A DNA stretch of 64,000 nt, from contig JBBDRK010000052.1 in the NCBI GenBank assembly GCA_040905465.1, positions 1 through 64,000 on the forward strand. Direction: 5' to 3'. Positions 39,095 through 49,483 of this stretch are shown in pieces. This DNA is from Trueperaceae bacterium (lineage in GTDB: Bacteria; Deinococcota; Deinococci; Deinococcales; Trueperaceae). The notes beneath the pieces are model-generated. The model was given only the letters and a program-made list of their open reading frames with translations, searched no databases and had not been told where the DNA came from. The position numbers were made by a program, and so were the translations under genes. Position 1 is the stretch's first letter. Every line of letters starts with the position of its first letter.

Positions 39095-40273
39095 ATGACC
39101 ACATCGAGAAGTTGGATCCGTCCGCGCACGCTGCTGGCAGCAACGATGCTGCTGCTGGCGGTCGCCTGCAGGCCTGACGCCTCCGCGCAAGGCTCGGAAG
39201 GCGTGCCCGATCCGGTTCTGGAGGAGATCGCCTCGGGCCTCCAATCGCCCACGGCGATAGTCGACGCCGGCGACGACTCGGGGAGACTGTTCGTGCTCGA
39301 GCAACCCGGCCGCATCCGGATCATCGCCGACGGCCAGCTGCTGCCTGAGCCGTTCCTCGACCTCAGCGGGAGCATCTCGGACGGCGGAGAGCGCGGCCTG
39401 CTGGGACTCGCCTTCCATCCCGACTACGCCGGCAACGGCAGGTTCTTCGTCGATTACACCGACCCGAACGGTCATACCGTGGTGGCGCGTTACAGCGTTT
39501 CCGCCGACGACCCGAATCGCGCCGACAGCGAGAGCGCCGCCGAGGTATTGCGCGTCGAACAGCCGTACGCCAACCACAACGGCGGTCAATTGGGTTTCGG
39601 GCCCGACGGCTACCTGTACGTCTCGCTCGGCGACGGCGGCGCGGGAGGCGACCCGCACGACCACGGGCAGAATCCGGCCACCCTGCTAGGCACGCTCCTC
39701 AGGCTCGATGTCGACGCGGCCGAACCGTACGCGGTTCCTGCCGACAACCCCTTCGTCGACAACGACGACGCCAGACCCGAGATCTGGGCGTACGGGCTGC
39801 GCAACCCCTGGCGGTTCTCGTTCGACCGGGAGACCGGCGACCTGTGGATTGCCGACGTGGGGCAGAACGTCTGGGAGGAGATCAATCTCCAGGCTGCCGG
39901 GAGCGGCGGCGGTGAGAACTACGGCTGGAACGTCATGGAGGGGGCCCACTGCTTCGAGCCCAGCGAGGGCTGCGACAGAGAAGGATTGGTCCTGCCGGTG
40001 ATCGAGTACGACCACGACCAAGGCTGCTCGGTGACCGGCGGTTACCGCTATCGCGGCAGCGCACTGCCGGGACTCGCCGGTGTCTACGTATACGCCGACT
40101 ACTGCAGCGGGGAGATCTGGGGAGCCAGCCCGAACGATGAGGGCGGCTGGACGTCCGAATCGCTCCTGCAGAGCGGAGTTCGGGTGTCGGCGTTCGGTGA
40201 GGACGAATCCGGCGAGCTGTACCTGGCCGATCACGGTGGCGGGGCGATCTACCGACTTAGGGCGGCCGAGTAG
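39095..40273 (+). CDS. PQQ-dependent sugar dehydrogenase (soluble aldose dehydrogenase family), probable lipoprotein
   Basis: ERGLLGLAFHP, NHNGG.L.FGPDG, YGLRNPWR; lipobox-like LAVAC; alternative start at 39056. Confidence 0.9.
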   Translation: MTTSRSWIRPRTLLAATMLLLAVACRPDASAQGSEGVPDPVLEEIASGLQSPTAIVDAGDDSGRLFVLEQPGRIRIIADGQLLPEPFLDLSGSISDGGERGLLGLAFHPDYAGNGRFFVDYTDPNGHTVVARYSVSADDPNRADSESAAEVLRVEQPYANHNGGQLGFGPDGYLYVSLGDGGAGGDPHDHGQNPATLLGTLLRLDVDAAEPYAVPADNPFVDNDDARPEIWAYGLRNPWRFSFDRETGDLWIADVGQNVWEEINLQAAGSGGGENYGWNVMEGAHCFEPSEGCDREGLVLPVIEYDHDQGCSVTGGYRYRGSALPGLAGVYVYADYCSGEIWGASPNDEGGWTSESLLQSGVRVSAFGEDESGELYLADHGGGAIYRLRAAE

Positions 40274-40415
40274 CCGACGCTGTCGCCGGGTGGCAAGTGA
40301 ACGCTACGGCGGTTGGGGCAACGGCCAGCGACTGCTCGACTCCGGGCGGGAATTGCACGCCGTCCGTGCATCGCGCCATGCCGGGCCGGCGCACGGGCTC
40401 TGTTATCCTCGGCCC

Positions 40416-41069
40416 ATGGATCCCACGACGGATGGATTCGTGGTTCGCGACCTGGGCCGCATGTCGTACCGGGAAGCCTGGGACGTGCAGTTGCAGACCC
40501 ACGCCGCGGTTGCCGAGGGACGGACGGAGCCCACTCTGTTGCTGGTGGAGCACCCGCCGGTCGTCACCTTCGGACGCAAGGGCGGCCGCGAGAACCTGTT
40601 GGCCAGCGAGTCTTTCCTGAAGGAGCAAGGTTTCGACCTCTTCGATATCGAGCGGGGCGGCGACGTCACCTATCACGGGCCGGGTCAGCTGGTGGGCTAC
40701 CCGATCCTGCGGGTGGGCAGGCGAGTACAGCAGTACCTCAGAAGCCTCGAAGGGGTGATGGTACGGGTGCTCGATCAGTTCGGCATCGCCGGCGAGGGAA
40801 GCCCGGGGTACGCCGGCGTGTGGGTAGGGAACAGCAAAGTGGTGGCCATCGGAGTCGCCATCAAACGGGACGTGTCGTTCCACGGCTTCGCCTTGAACGT
40901 GCACACCGACCTGCGGCACTTCGACTACATAATCCCCTGCGGCATCGCCGACCGGGGCGTTACCAGCATGTCCACGCTCCTGGGGCGCCACGTCTCGATC
41001 GAAGAGGTGAAGCCGGTGCTGTTGGGGGCGATGCGAGACGTGTTCGACCCGGTCGCGGTGCCAGGATGA
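40416..41069 (+). CDS. lipB: Lipoyl(octanoyl) transferase
   Basis: EHPPV.T.G, RGGDVTYHGPGQLVGYPI, HGFALNV, IIPCGI; ATG 40416 behind TATCCT. Confidence 0.96.
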   Translation: MDPTTDGFVVRDLGRMSYREAWDVQLQTHAAVAEGRTEPTLLLVEHPPVVTFGRKGGRENLLASESFLKEQGFDLFDIERGGDVTYHGPGQLVGYPILRVGRRVQQYLRSLEGVMVRVLDQFGIAGEGSPGYAGVWVGNSKVVAIGVAIKRDVSFHGFALNVHTDLRHFDYIIPCGIADRGVTSMSTLLGRHVSIEEVKPVLLGAMRDVFDPVAVPG

Positions 41070-41132
41070 GCGGTGCCTTGATGAACAGTGCCAGGTTGAG
41101 CAGTGCTAGGAAGAGCAGGGTCAGGATGAACA
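41058..41132 (+). repeat. 15-bp tandem repeat, 5 imperfect copies, between lipB and lipA
   Basis: gtgccaggatgagcg / gtgccttgatgaaca / gtgccaggttgagca / gtgctaggaagagca / gggtcaggatgaaca. Confidence 0.8.
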
Positions 41133-41135
41133 GTC

Positions 41136-42098
41136 ATGATTGAGCTCGACGACATCAAGGTCATCAAGAACGGCGTGCAGCGCAAGGGCGCCGCTTCCGA
41201 GCCGCGCCAACCGAAGCCGGACTGGCTGCGCGTCAAGCTACCTTCCGGCGGACGCTACGGTGAGGTCAAGGAGAACGTCCGCAAGCACGGCCTCTCCACC
41301 GTCTGCGAAGAGGCGATGTGCCCGAACATCGGCGAGTGTTGGAACGCCGGCACCGCCACCATCATGCTGATGGGCTCGGTCTGCACGCGCGCCTGCCGCT
41401 TCTGCGCCGTCGACACCGGCAACCCGCGGGGCCGGCTCGACCCGGATGAGCCGCGACTAGCGGCCGAGTCGGTGAAGCTGATGGGGCTCAAGTACATCGT
41501 CCTGACCTCGGTCGACCGCGACGATCTGGCGGATGGAGGCGCTTCGCACTACGCCGCCTGTATTCGCCGCATACTCGAGGTGAACCCGGAGACGGCGGTC
41601 GAAGCCCTGACTCCCGACTTCGCCGGCGACACCGACGCGGTGCAGACCGTGCTCGACGCAGGCATCCAGGTCTACGCGCAGAACATCGAGACCGTCGAGC
41701 GTCTCACTCATCCGGTCCGCGATCCTCGGGCGTCCTACGCTCAGACGCTGTCGGTACTGGCCTACGCGAAGCGCTCGCGGCCGGACGTGCTGACAAAGAC
41801 CAGCCTGATGCTGGGCCTGGGCGAAACCGAGGAGGAGATCCTCGACACGATGGACGACCTGCGGGCGATCGGCGTCGACATAGTCACTTTCGGCCAGTAC
41901 TTGCGGCCGACCGCCAGTCATCTGCCGGTCGAGCGATTCGTGACGCCCGAGGAGTTCAGGCGCTACCGCGAACTGGGCCTGGCCAAGGGCTTTCTCGAGG
42001 TCGTCTCCGGTCCGTTGGTTCGCTCCTCCTACCGTGCCGAACGGGCGCTGGAGAAGAACAACGTAGGATTGGGCGCGACGGCCGGCGGCCCTGCCTGA
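41136..42098 (+). CDS. lipA: Lipoyl synthase
   Basis: [24 protein letters not shown]. Confidence 0.97.
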   Translation: MIELDDIKVIKNGVQRKGAASEPRQPKPDWLRVKLPSGGRYGEVKENVRKHGLSTVCEEAMCPNIGECWNAGTATIMLMGSVCTRACRFCAVDTGNPRGRLDPDEPRLAAESVKLMGLKYIVLTSVDRDDLADGGASHYAACIRRILEVNPETAVEALTPDFAGDTDAVQTVLDAGIQVYAQNIETVERLTHPVRDPRASYAQTLSVLAYAKRSRPDVLTKTSLMLGLGETEEEILDTMDDLRAIGVDIVTFGQYLRPTASHLPVERFVTPEEFRRYRELGLAKGFLEVVSGPLVRSSYRAERALEKNNVGLGATAGGPA

Positions 42099-42123
42099 TC
42101 TTCCGGCCGCTCGGCTTGTCTTA

Positions 42124-43473
42124 ATGCGGTGCGTCAGCCGTCCGCCCAGGACGGCGCATCTTCGTCGCAAAGGAGTCGAACCCGCGGCCGTAAGCACCGA
42201 TTGTGCACGTGATACATTGCAGTCGCGTGATCACAGCGAACCGTATGGAGGTAAGCGTAACTGCCGGTCCTCGTCCCCGATGCGGAGAACGTCGACACCG
42301 AAGGCTGCCCCGTCCGTGACCCCAGGAACAGTGAACTACAGACAGTTCCACATTTCTGCCGAGAAACTCGAGCCGATCGAAGCCATGGCGACAGGCATTG
42401 CTACGGCGAGCAGCCAGCAAGAGGTGTTCCGGGCCCTCCTCCTGTTCGCCTCATATACAACTCCCGGCAGAGCTATTTTCATCACCCTCTACACGCCCAG
42501 TACCGGCCTGCGCAAATGCATGTACGCCGGCGAGATCATCGAAGGGGACGATGGTCGTCGGGTTATCGAGGAGGCGGATATCCACATGTACCCGGAGTTG
42601 CCTCTAAACACCAGCCCCCAAAGCCGAGCCATCCTCAGCGGAACTTTTTTCATCGCCAATGACTACGACAAGTCGGTAGCCGGTCTGCCCGTTACCGACA
42701 GCGGCAGCGACATGTCCAAGGACCTTCCCCGATCCAGCCTCGCCATTCCGCTCGGGTTCGAAGGCCGTACTCGTGGCGCCCTCGAAATCCAGAGCCCGGC
42801 CCTCTCGGCTTTCGATGAATCCCATGTCCCACCGCTGAGCCTGGCCGCCAGCCTAGCGGTAACCGCCCTCGAAAACCTCGACCTGATGGAGCGCGAGCGT
42901 GCACAACACGAGGCCACCCTTCGAACACTCGGCCTAGCCCTCGAGTACCGCGACTACGAGACCAAAGGCCATACCGACCGGGTAGTACGACTGAGCGTGG
43001 CGTTCGCTCATGCTCTTGGTCTGAACGACGCCGAAACCAATGCATTGCGTTGGGGTGCCTACCTGCACGACCTCGGCAAGGTCGCACTGCCCGACCAGAT
43101 CCTCCTCAAACCTGGGCGTCTCAGCGCGAGCGAGTACCAGGTAATCCGCCGCCACACCCTGATAGGCATCGACATGTGCCGCGACATCCCCTTTCTGGAA
43201 ACGGGCACCAGAGACGTCATCAGGAGCCACCACGAGCGATGGGACGGCCGCGGCTACCCGGACCAACTCGCCGGGGACCAGATTCCCCTGCTTGCCCGAA
43301 TTTTCAGCCTCGTCGACGTGTACGATGCCCTCATCAGCCGCCGGCCCTACAAGGACGCCTGGCCCCATGAACGCGCGCTGGCCGAGATCAGGGACAACAG
43401 TGAAATACAGTTCGATCCGAAGCTGCTCGAGACCTTTGTTCGAGTCGCTGCAGCCAGAGATCTCGAGAACTGA
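42124..43473 (+). CDS. GAF + HD-GYP domain protein (cyclic dinucleotide phosphodiesterase family)
   Basis: GAF-like region (RSSLAIPL..RGALEIQS), ETKGHTDRV, HDLGK, HHERWDGRGYP, RPYK; true start probably 150-200 nt downstream. Confidence 0.88.
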   Translation: MRCVSRPPRTAHLRRKGVEPAAVSTDCARDTLQSRDHSEPYGGKRNCRSSSPMRRTSTPKAAPSVTPGTVNYRQFHISAEKLEPIEAMATGIATASSQQEVFRALLLFASYTTPGRAIFITLYTPSTGLRKCMYAGEIIEGDDGRRVIEEADIHMYPELPLNTSPQSRAILSGTFFIANDYDKSVAGLPVTDSGSDMSKDLPRSSLAIPLGFEGRTRGALEIQSPALSAFDESHVPPLSLAASLAVTALENLDLMERERAQHEATLRTLGLALEYRDYETKGHTDRVVRLSVAFAHALGLNDAETNALRWGAYLHDLGKVALPDQILLKPGRLSASEYQVIRRHTLIGIDMCRDIPFLETGTRDVIRSHHERWDGRGYPDQLAGDQIPLLARIFSLVDVYDALISRRPYKDAWPHERALAEIRDNSEIQFDPKLLETFVRVAAARDLEN

Positions 43474-43565
43474 ATGTGGCGGTCGTAAGTGGGCATGTTG
43501 CAGGGTGTAACCGAAACCCCGATCTGCCGCCTCAGTCTGCGGCCTGAGCCTGCTCCACTCGGCCG

Positions 43566-44156
43566 TTACCCGGTCACCGCAACGGCGGCGGCAACCTGCT
43601 CCAGGAAGTAGCGGTGAACCCGGTCATCCCCGCTCAACTCGGGGTGGAATACACCCGCCAGCAAACGGCCCTGGCGCACAATCACCGGATCGCCCTCGAG
43701 ACTGCCGAGGACCTCCACCCCTGGGCCCACCCGCACCAGCCGGGGTGCCCGAATGAACACAGCGTGGAACGGACCCTCCACCAGACCCGTGATTTCCAGG
43801 TCCGCTTCGAACGAGGCTATCTGGCGACCGTAAGAGTTGCGCTCGACGGTCATGTCGATCAGGCCGAGCGTCGGCTGCTCCGGTCGTCCGACGATGTCCG
43901 AAGCCACGGCTATCGCGCCGGCACACGTTCCCCAAACGGCGCCTCCGTTGTCATGGAACCGGTGCAGCGCCTGGTCGAGTCCGTAGCTGAGCATCAGTTT
44001 GGCCATGGTGGTGGACTCCCCACCAGGGATCACCACGGCGGAAAGTCCCTTCAGATGATCAGGCAGGCGGACTTCGCTCACGTTTGCGCCGAGACGCTCG
44101 AACGCCCGTCTGTGCTCCCGGAATGCCCCCTGCAGGGCGAGGACGCCAACGTTCAT
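43566..44156 (-). CDS. pdxT: PLP synthase glutaminase subunit
   Basis: GVLALQGAFREH, PGGESTT, GTCAG, FIRAP, FHPEL. Confidence 0.96.
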   Translation of the reverse strand: MNVGVLALQGAFREHRRAFERLGANVSEVRLPDHLKGLSAVVIPGGESTTMAKLMLSYGLDQALHRFHDNGGAVWGTCAGAIAVASDIVGRPEQPTLGLIDMTVERNSYGRQIASFEADLEITGLVEGPFHAVFIRAPRLVRVGPGVEVLGSLEGDPVIVRQGRLLAGVFHPELSGDDRVHRYFLEQVAAAVAVTG

Positions 44157-44223
44157 GGCGCCATCATGCCACCACCGGGCACCTTTCCGCGGTCCGCCGA
44201 CTACTCTCGTTGCCGAATCGATC

Positions 44224-46515
44224 TCACGGTTGCGAATCGGTCGTCTGGCCGGCGTTTGCCTGAGGACCGGACAGGAAGGCGTCCAACTCCTCCGGGCTGA
44301 CCTCACGGATCTCGACCTGCTCGAACGGCGTCTGCGAAGTGGCTCGCTCGCCGGTTCGCTTGTCAACGGCAATCTCGATCCGTATTCCCGTTCCGAACGC
44401 CTGGCTGCTCAGGTCGGTGGCCGTGCGAAACGCGCCGCGCGTACCGGCCGAGTCGGGAGCGCCGCTGCGCAGATCGAACGGCTGAAAGGCGATGCCATCG
44501 GGCACCGGGAAGCTGTCTGCGGTTGCCCGACCGCGCAGGGCGTTGCCCACGAAATCGCGCCAGGCGTAGATCGGGTGCCGCGACGAATTAACGGTCCGTA
44601 ACTCGACGATCTCCGAGTCCATGCGCGTGGGCAGCGAGGTGCCGTTGTCGTTGCCGATCCACACGGCTGCCACCATGCCGGGGGTGGCGCCCACGAACCA
44701 GATGTCGCGATCCTCGTTGGAGGTGCCGGTCTTGCCCGCCACCCAGCGCCCCGCCATCTGCTCGTTGTCGGCGCGGTGCGAGTAACCGATGATGGAACCG
44801 CCGCGGTCCTGGTCGACCACGTTGCCGCGCAGGGCGTCCAGCATTATGTACGCCGTCTGCTCGCTCCAGACCTGCGCTTCCCGCGGGTTCGCCTGATAGA
44901 GGACGTTGCCTTCGGAGTCCTCGACCCGCTCCACGAAATGCGGCTCCACCCACACGCCGCCGTTGGCGAAGGACGCGAACGCCGACGCGTGAGTGAGCGG
45001 AGTGGCCTCGAACGAGCCCAACGCAAGCGAGTAGTACGGCTCGATGTTCTTGTAGCCGAGCTCGCGAGCCCGTTGCGCTACCGCCTCGGGTGACGCGGCC
45101 TCGAGCGCCTTTACGGCCGGAATGTTGCGCGAGTGATCGAGGTGGTACCGAACGGTTCCCGGACCTTCGAAGATGTCGTCGGCGTTCTTCGGCTCGTACG
45201 GCGGCTGGCCGCGCTGCTCGAACGACGCCGGCTCGTCCACCAGCACGGTCGCCTGGCTGAACCCGCCCTGTTCGATCGCGGTGGCGTACACCACCGGCTT
45301 GAACGAGGATCCGGGCTGACGGCGGGCCTGCGTAACCCGGTTGAACTGCTCCCGATAGGTTCCGTCGGCGCGCAACTTCTCCCCCACCATCGCCAGAACG
45401 CGTCCGGTGCCCGGCTCGATCCCGACCATGGCCAACTGGGCGCCGGGCGGCACGACGGCGCGCGCCGACGCCTGATTGGCCGCCTCCTGGGCACTGTAGT
45501 CGATGGTGGTATAGACCTTGAAGCCCCCCGAACCGAACACCACGTTCTCGCCGTAGCGGTCGGTGAGCCAGTTGCGCACGGCCAGCACCACATGGGGCGA
45601 CAGGTCGGACGACACGCTGGTGCGAATCACCGGCCGCTCGCCGGTCCGCTCGGCGCTTACGACACTGCCCTCGTCGTCATACTCGACCCGCCAGCCGCGC
45701 GGCTCCAACGGCTCGAGCCAGGCGATCTCGGCTTGCGCGCGCGTGATCTGATCGCGCTCCACCATCCTGGAGAGTACCTGGCGCATAGACGCCCGCGTCT
45801 CCCGGATGTCGTTATGCCGTTCGTTGGGAGCTGGGATCAGCCGGGCCAGGTAGAGGCCCTCGGCAAGGCTCAGCTCGATCGGCTCCTTGTCGAAGTAGGC
45901 CTGGGCGGCGGAGCGGATCCCGTAGACGTTTCCGCCCCAGAAAACGACGTTTACGTAGCGCTGCAGGATCTCGGCCTTGGTCAGGCGGCGCTCGAGCTCC
46001 ACCGCCAGCATCAGCTCCTTCACCTTTCGCTCCAGCGAGCGCTCGCTGCGGATCTCCTGCAAAACGGTGTTCTTGATCACCTGAGAGGTGATCGTCGAGC
46101 CGCCACGGCTGCTGGAGCCTAGAAACTCCTCGTAGGTCGCTCGGAGGAGGCCGGGAACATCGAAACCGTAGTGCTCGAAGAACTCGTCGTCTTCGTAGGC
46201 CACGATAGCGGCCACGGCGGCCGGCGACACGTCCTCCAGCGCCACCGGGATGCGGTTGGTGGTTTCGCGTCCCTCGCCGGCCAGCGGGAGTATCTCGCCG
46301 ATCAGCCGGCCGTCGCTCGAAAACACCTGCGAGGTCGAGGTGTACTCGAGGGCGTCGAGCTCGGCCAGGCCGGGAAGCTCTCCCGCCCACTTGAGCGCGG
46401 ACGCGGTCAGCAGTGAAGCCACCGACAATACGACCGTCAACAGCAACACGATCAGCGCCTGGATCAGTTTCACGGTCTTCAGCTTACCAAGCGCCGCCCG
46501 AGTTCCGATATTCAC
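44224..46515 (-). CDS. Class A penicillin-binding protein (PBP1A-like)
   Basis: N-terminal TM, EDDEFFEH.G, GGSTITSQ, RKVKE; SSFK, SRN, KTGT. Confidence 0.93.
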   Translation of the reverse strand: MNIGTRAALGKLKTVKLIQALIVLLLTVVLSVASLLTASALKWAGELPGLAELDALEYTSTSQVFSSDGRLIGEILPLAGEGRETTNRIPVALEDVSPAAVAAIVAYEDDEFFEHYGFDVPGLLRATYEEFLGSSSRGGSTITSQVIKNTVLQEIRSERSLERKVKELMLAVELERRLTKAEILQRYVNVVFWGGNVYGIRSAAQAYFDKEPIELSLAEGLYLARLIPAPNERHNDIRETRASMRQVLSRMVERDQITRAQAEIAWLEPLEPRGWRVEYDDEGSVVSAERTGERPVIRTSVSSDLSPHVVLAVRNWLTDRYGENVVFGSGGFKVYTTIDYSAQEAANQASARAVVPPGAQLAMVGIEPGTGRVLAMVGEKLRADGTYREQFNRVTQARRQPGSSFKPVVYATAIEQGGFSQATVLVDEPASFEQRGQPPYEPKNADDIFEGPGTVRYHLDHSRNIPAVKALEAASPEAVAQRARELGYKNIEPYYSLALGSFEATPLTHASAFASFANGGVWVEPHFVERVEDSEGNVLYQANPREAQVWSEQTAYIMLDALRGNVVDQDRGGSIIGYSHRADNEQMAGRWVAGKTGTSNEDRDIWFVGATPGMVAAVWIGNDNGTSLPTRMDSEIVELRTVNSSRHPIYAWRDFVGNALRGRATADSFPVPDGIAFQPFDLRSGAPDSAGTRGAFRTATDLSSQAFGTGIRIEIAVDKRTGERATSQTPFEQVEIREVSPEELDAFLSGPQANAGQTTDSQP

Positions 46516-46532
46516 CTGGCTGCCCGCCGGCC

Positions 46533-47456
46533 CTACCAGCCCCGGCTCGCCAGGAGCTCGCCCTCCGCCAGGGTGTCGATGTTTATACCGACCATCGCCT
46601 CGCCGAGGTCACGGGACACCTCGGCCAGAATCGCCGGGTCGTTGTAATGGGTGACCGACTTGACGATGGCGTTGGCGCGCTTGAACCAGGCCTGATGCTT
46701 CTTGCTCAGGTCGACCTCGCTGGCCGCCGACTTGAAGATACCCGAGCCGACGAACACGCCGTCCACTCCGAGCTGCATCATCAGGGCGGCATCGGCCGGG
46801 GTCGCTACTCCGCCGGCCGCGAAGTTGACGACCGGAAGCTTGCCGTTCTCGTGAACGTAGAGGACCAGCTCGAACGGAGCTCCGTTCTCCTTGGCGTAGG
46901 TCATGAGCTCTTCACGCGGCATGGCCTGCAGCCGCTTGATCTCGCCGATGACCGACCGGGCATGCCGCACCGCCTCGACTACGTTGCCGGTGCCTGCCTC
47001 GCCCTTGGTGCGGATCATGCTGGCGCCCTCGCCGATGCGCCGCAGCGCCTCGCCGATGTTGGTGGCGCCACAGACGAACGGCACCTTGAACGCGTGCTTG
47101 TCGACGTGGTAACTCTCGTCGGCCGGCGTGAGCACCTCGGACTCGTCGACGAAGTCGACACCGAGCTCCTGAAGTATCTGCGCCTCCACGAAGTGCCCGA
47201 TGCGAACCTTGGCCATGACAGGCACCGACACCGCTTCGATGATCTGGGTGATCATTCCCGGGTCCGACATGCGCGCCACGCCGCCTTGTGCCCGGATATC
47301 CGCCGGGACCCGCTCGAGCGCCATCACCGCAACCGCGCCCGCCTCCTCGGCGATGCGCGCCTGCTCCGCATCCACCACGTCCATGATCACGCCGCCTTTG
47401 AACATCTCGGCGAACCCGGTTTTGACTGTGATGCTGCCTATCGCTTTTTCAGCCAT
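46533..47456 (-). CDS. pdxS: PLP synthase lyase subunit
   Basis: [46 protein letters not shown]. Confidence 0.97.
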   Translation of the reverse strand: MAEKAIGSITVKTGFAEMFKGGVIMDVVDAEQARIAEEAGAVAVMALERVPADIRAQGGVARMSDPGMITQIIEAVSVPVMAKVRIGHFVEAQILQELGVDFVDESEVLTPADESYHVDKHAFKVPFVCGATNIGEALRRIGEGASMIRTKGEAGTGNVVEAVRHARSVIGEIKRLQAMPREELMTYAKENGAPFELVLYVHENGKLPVVNFAAGGVATPADAALMMQLGVDGVFVGSGIFKSAASEVDLSKKHQAWFKRANAIVKSVTHYNDPAILAEVSRDLGEAMVGINIDTLAEGELLASRGW

Positions 47457-47584
47457 GGTCTCTCCTACCGTCCAACTCCCGGCGCCTGGAGTCAACTGTC
47501 GCGCCGCGGACGTTCTGGCTCCATTCTGCCTCAGCGGGACGGCAGCCGGTGGCCTCCAGTTTACGTTCCGGCCGACGAAGATTG

Positions 47585-48628
47585 CTATGAACGGCTGAAC
47601 TCTATGAACTCGTCTAGTTTGGCCGCCGCGGCGCCGGAGTCGACCAGCTCCGAAGCACGCGCGACACCCTCCCGCAGGTCTTCGGCCCGATCGGCCAGGT
47701 AGAGCGCCGCTCCGGCGTTGAACAGCACCACGTCGCGCTTGGCGCCGCGCTCGTCGCCGCTGAGAATCGCCCTGGTGGTCACGGCGTTGGCCGCCGGATC
47801 GCCTCCGGCCAGCTCCTCCTTGGGACGGCGCGCCAGGCCCACGTCTTCCGGCACCACCGTGTACTCGCGCACCTCGCCGCCGAGCAGCAGTTCCGCGACC
47901 AGCGACTCACCCGACACCGTGAAATCGTCGAGGCCGTCGCCGTACACCACCAGTGCTCGCTCGGTGCCCAGCCCGCCCAGCACCTGCGCGAGTTGCCTGG
48001 TCAGTTCCGGCGCGAACACCCCCATCAGCTGCCTGGTGGCGTCGGCGGGGTTGGTGAGAGGGCCGAGGCTGTTGAAGATTGTGCGTGCCTGCAGGTCCGC
48101 GCGAATCGGGGCCACGAACTTCATCGACGGGTGGTGGGTGCGGGCGTAGATGAAAGCCACGCCGGTGAGCTGCAACGACTGCGCCAGTCGCTCCGGGCTT
48201 TGCTCGAGCCGTACCCCGAGCGCCTCGAGGACGTCGGCCGAGCCCGATCTCTTGGTCACCCCGCGGTTGCCGTGCTTGGCGACGTGTACCCCGTCGGCGG
48301 CGGCGACGAACACCGCGGTAGTGGAGATGTTGAGGCTGCTGAAGCCGGTTCCGCCGGTCCCGCAGGTGTCCAGCAGCGGGCCGTCGACGACCGGCGTCAC
48401 CTTTACCGCCCGGGCACGCATCGCCTCGGCGAAACCCACTACCTCGTCGACGGTTTCGCCACGCGTGCGGAGCGCCGCCAACAGGGCGGCGGCCTGCATC
48501 TGCGACAGTTGGCCGTCCATCAGCCGTCCCATCACGTCGCGCGCCTCGTCTCGGGTGAGCGTCCGGCCGTCGAATACCGAGCCAAGCAACGGGGCGATCT
48601 CGAAGTTCTGGGATGCGGTTGGGGTCAT
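47585..48628 (-). CDS. trpD: Anthranilate phosphoribosyltransferase
   Basis: [33 protein letters not shown]. Confidence 0.96.
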   Translation of the reverse strand: MTPTASQNFEIAPLLGSVFDGRTLTRDEARDVMGRLMDGQLSQMQAAALLAALRTRGETVDEVVGFAEAMRARAVKVTPVVDGPLLDTCGTGGTGFSSLNISTTAVFVAAADGVHVAKHGNRGVTKRSGSADVLEALGVRLEQSPERLAQSLQLTGVAFIYARTHHPSMKFVAPIRADLQARTIFNSLGPLTNPADATRQLMGVFAPELTRQLAQVLGGLGTERALVVYGDGLDDFTVSGESLVAELLLGGEVREYTVVPEDVGLARRPKEELAGGDPAANAVTTRAILSGDERGAKRDVVLFNAGAALYLADRAEDLREGVARASELVDSGAAAAKLDEFIEFSRS

Positions 48629-48631
48629 GGG

Positions 48632-49483
48632 TCAAATCCTCCCGTGGTCTTCGCTTCGCCCGCCGAGTTCGTCGAGGGCGGCATCCAGGTAGGCGCGCTC
48701 GTACCGATACGAGGGCGTGTCGACGAGCCGCCAGGCCAGTCCGAGTGGCGGATGCAACAGGACCTTCTTCAGGCCCAGCGACAGCGGGTGCACGCCGAGC
48801 CGAACGCCGAGCCGGGGATAACGCCTGGCGATATGCACGGCATTTCTACCGGCGCTGCGGGCCTTGAGCGGGTCCGCGGCCCGCATCGGATTCGCGCCGA
48901 TATGGCGCACGAGCACGTCCGGCAACGAACGGAACCGGTACCCCGCTTGCCGCAGGCGGAAGCCCAGGAGCACATCCTCCAGCCCGTAACCGGTCAGCGA
49001 TTCGTCGAAACCTCCGGCCCGGTCGAAGGCGGCCCGGGGCAGACTCGTGTTCATGCCGTGCAGGTTCCAGTATCTGACGCGCGCCGGTCGCATGTACTCA
49101 TGGCCGCCGTCGAATTCCCAACGGATCCCGCCGACCAGTACTCCAGGACGGGTCTGCGCCTGCAGGTGTCGCTCGAGAGTATCAGGCGCCAGCAGGCAGT
49201 CGTCGTCGGAAAAGTACAGGATCGGGGCGTCGCTGAGCCTCACGCAGGCGTTGCGTCCCGGGCCGGGGCCGCGGTTTTCTTCCGACCTCACCACCTTCAG
49301 CGAAAACGCTGGTCGCACTTCACTCAGTGCCGCGGTGGTGCCGTCGTCGCTCGCGTTGTCGCAGACGATCCACTCGAACTCTTCAGGCGGCAGGCTCTGC
49401 CCTTCGAGGCTGTGCAGCTTACGCCGCAGCAAGTCGCGCCGCTGGTGCGTCACTGTGATGACGCTGACCCGCACCCGATTCAC
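48632..49483 (-). CDS. Glycosyltransferase family 2
   Basis: VSVI, DNASDDGT, N.GPGPGRN, FSDDD, GGFDE..GYGLED. Confidence 0.9.
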   Translation of the reverse strand: MNRVRVSVITVTHQRRDLLRRKLHSLEGQSLPPEEFEWIVCDNASDDGTTAALSEVRPAFSLKVVRSEENRGPGPGRNACVRLSDAPILYFSDDDCLLAPDTLERHLQAQTRPGVLVGGIRWEFDGGHEYMRPARVRYWNLHGMNTSLPRAAFDRAGGFDESLTGYGLEDVLLGFRLRQAGYRFRSLPDVLVRHIGANPMRAADPLKARSAGRNAVHIARRYPRLGVRLGVHPLSLGLKKVLLHPPLGLAWRLVDTPSYRYERAYLDAALDELGGRSEDHGRI

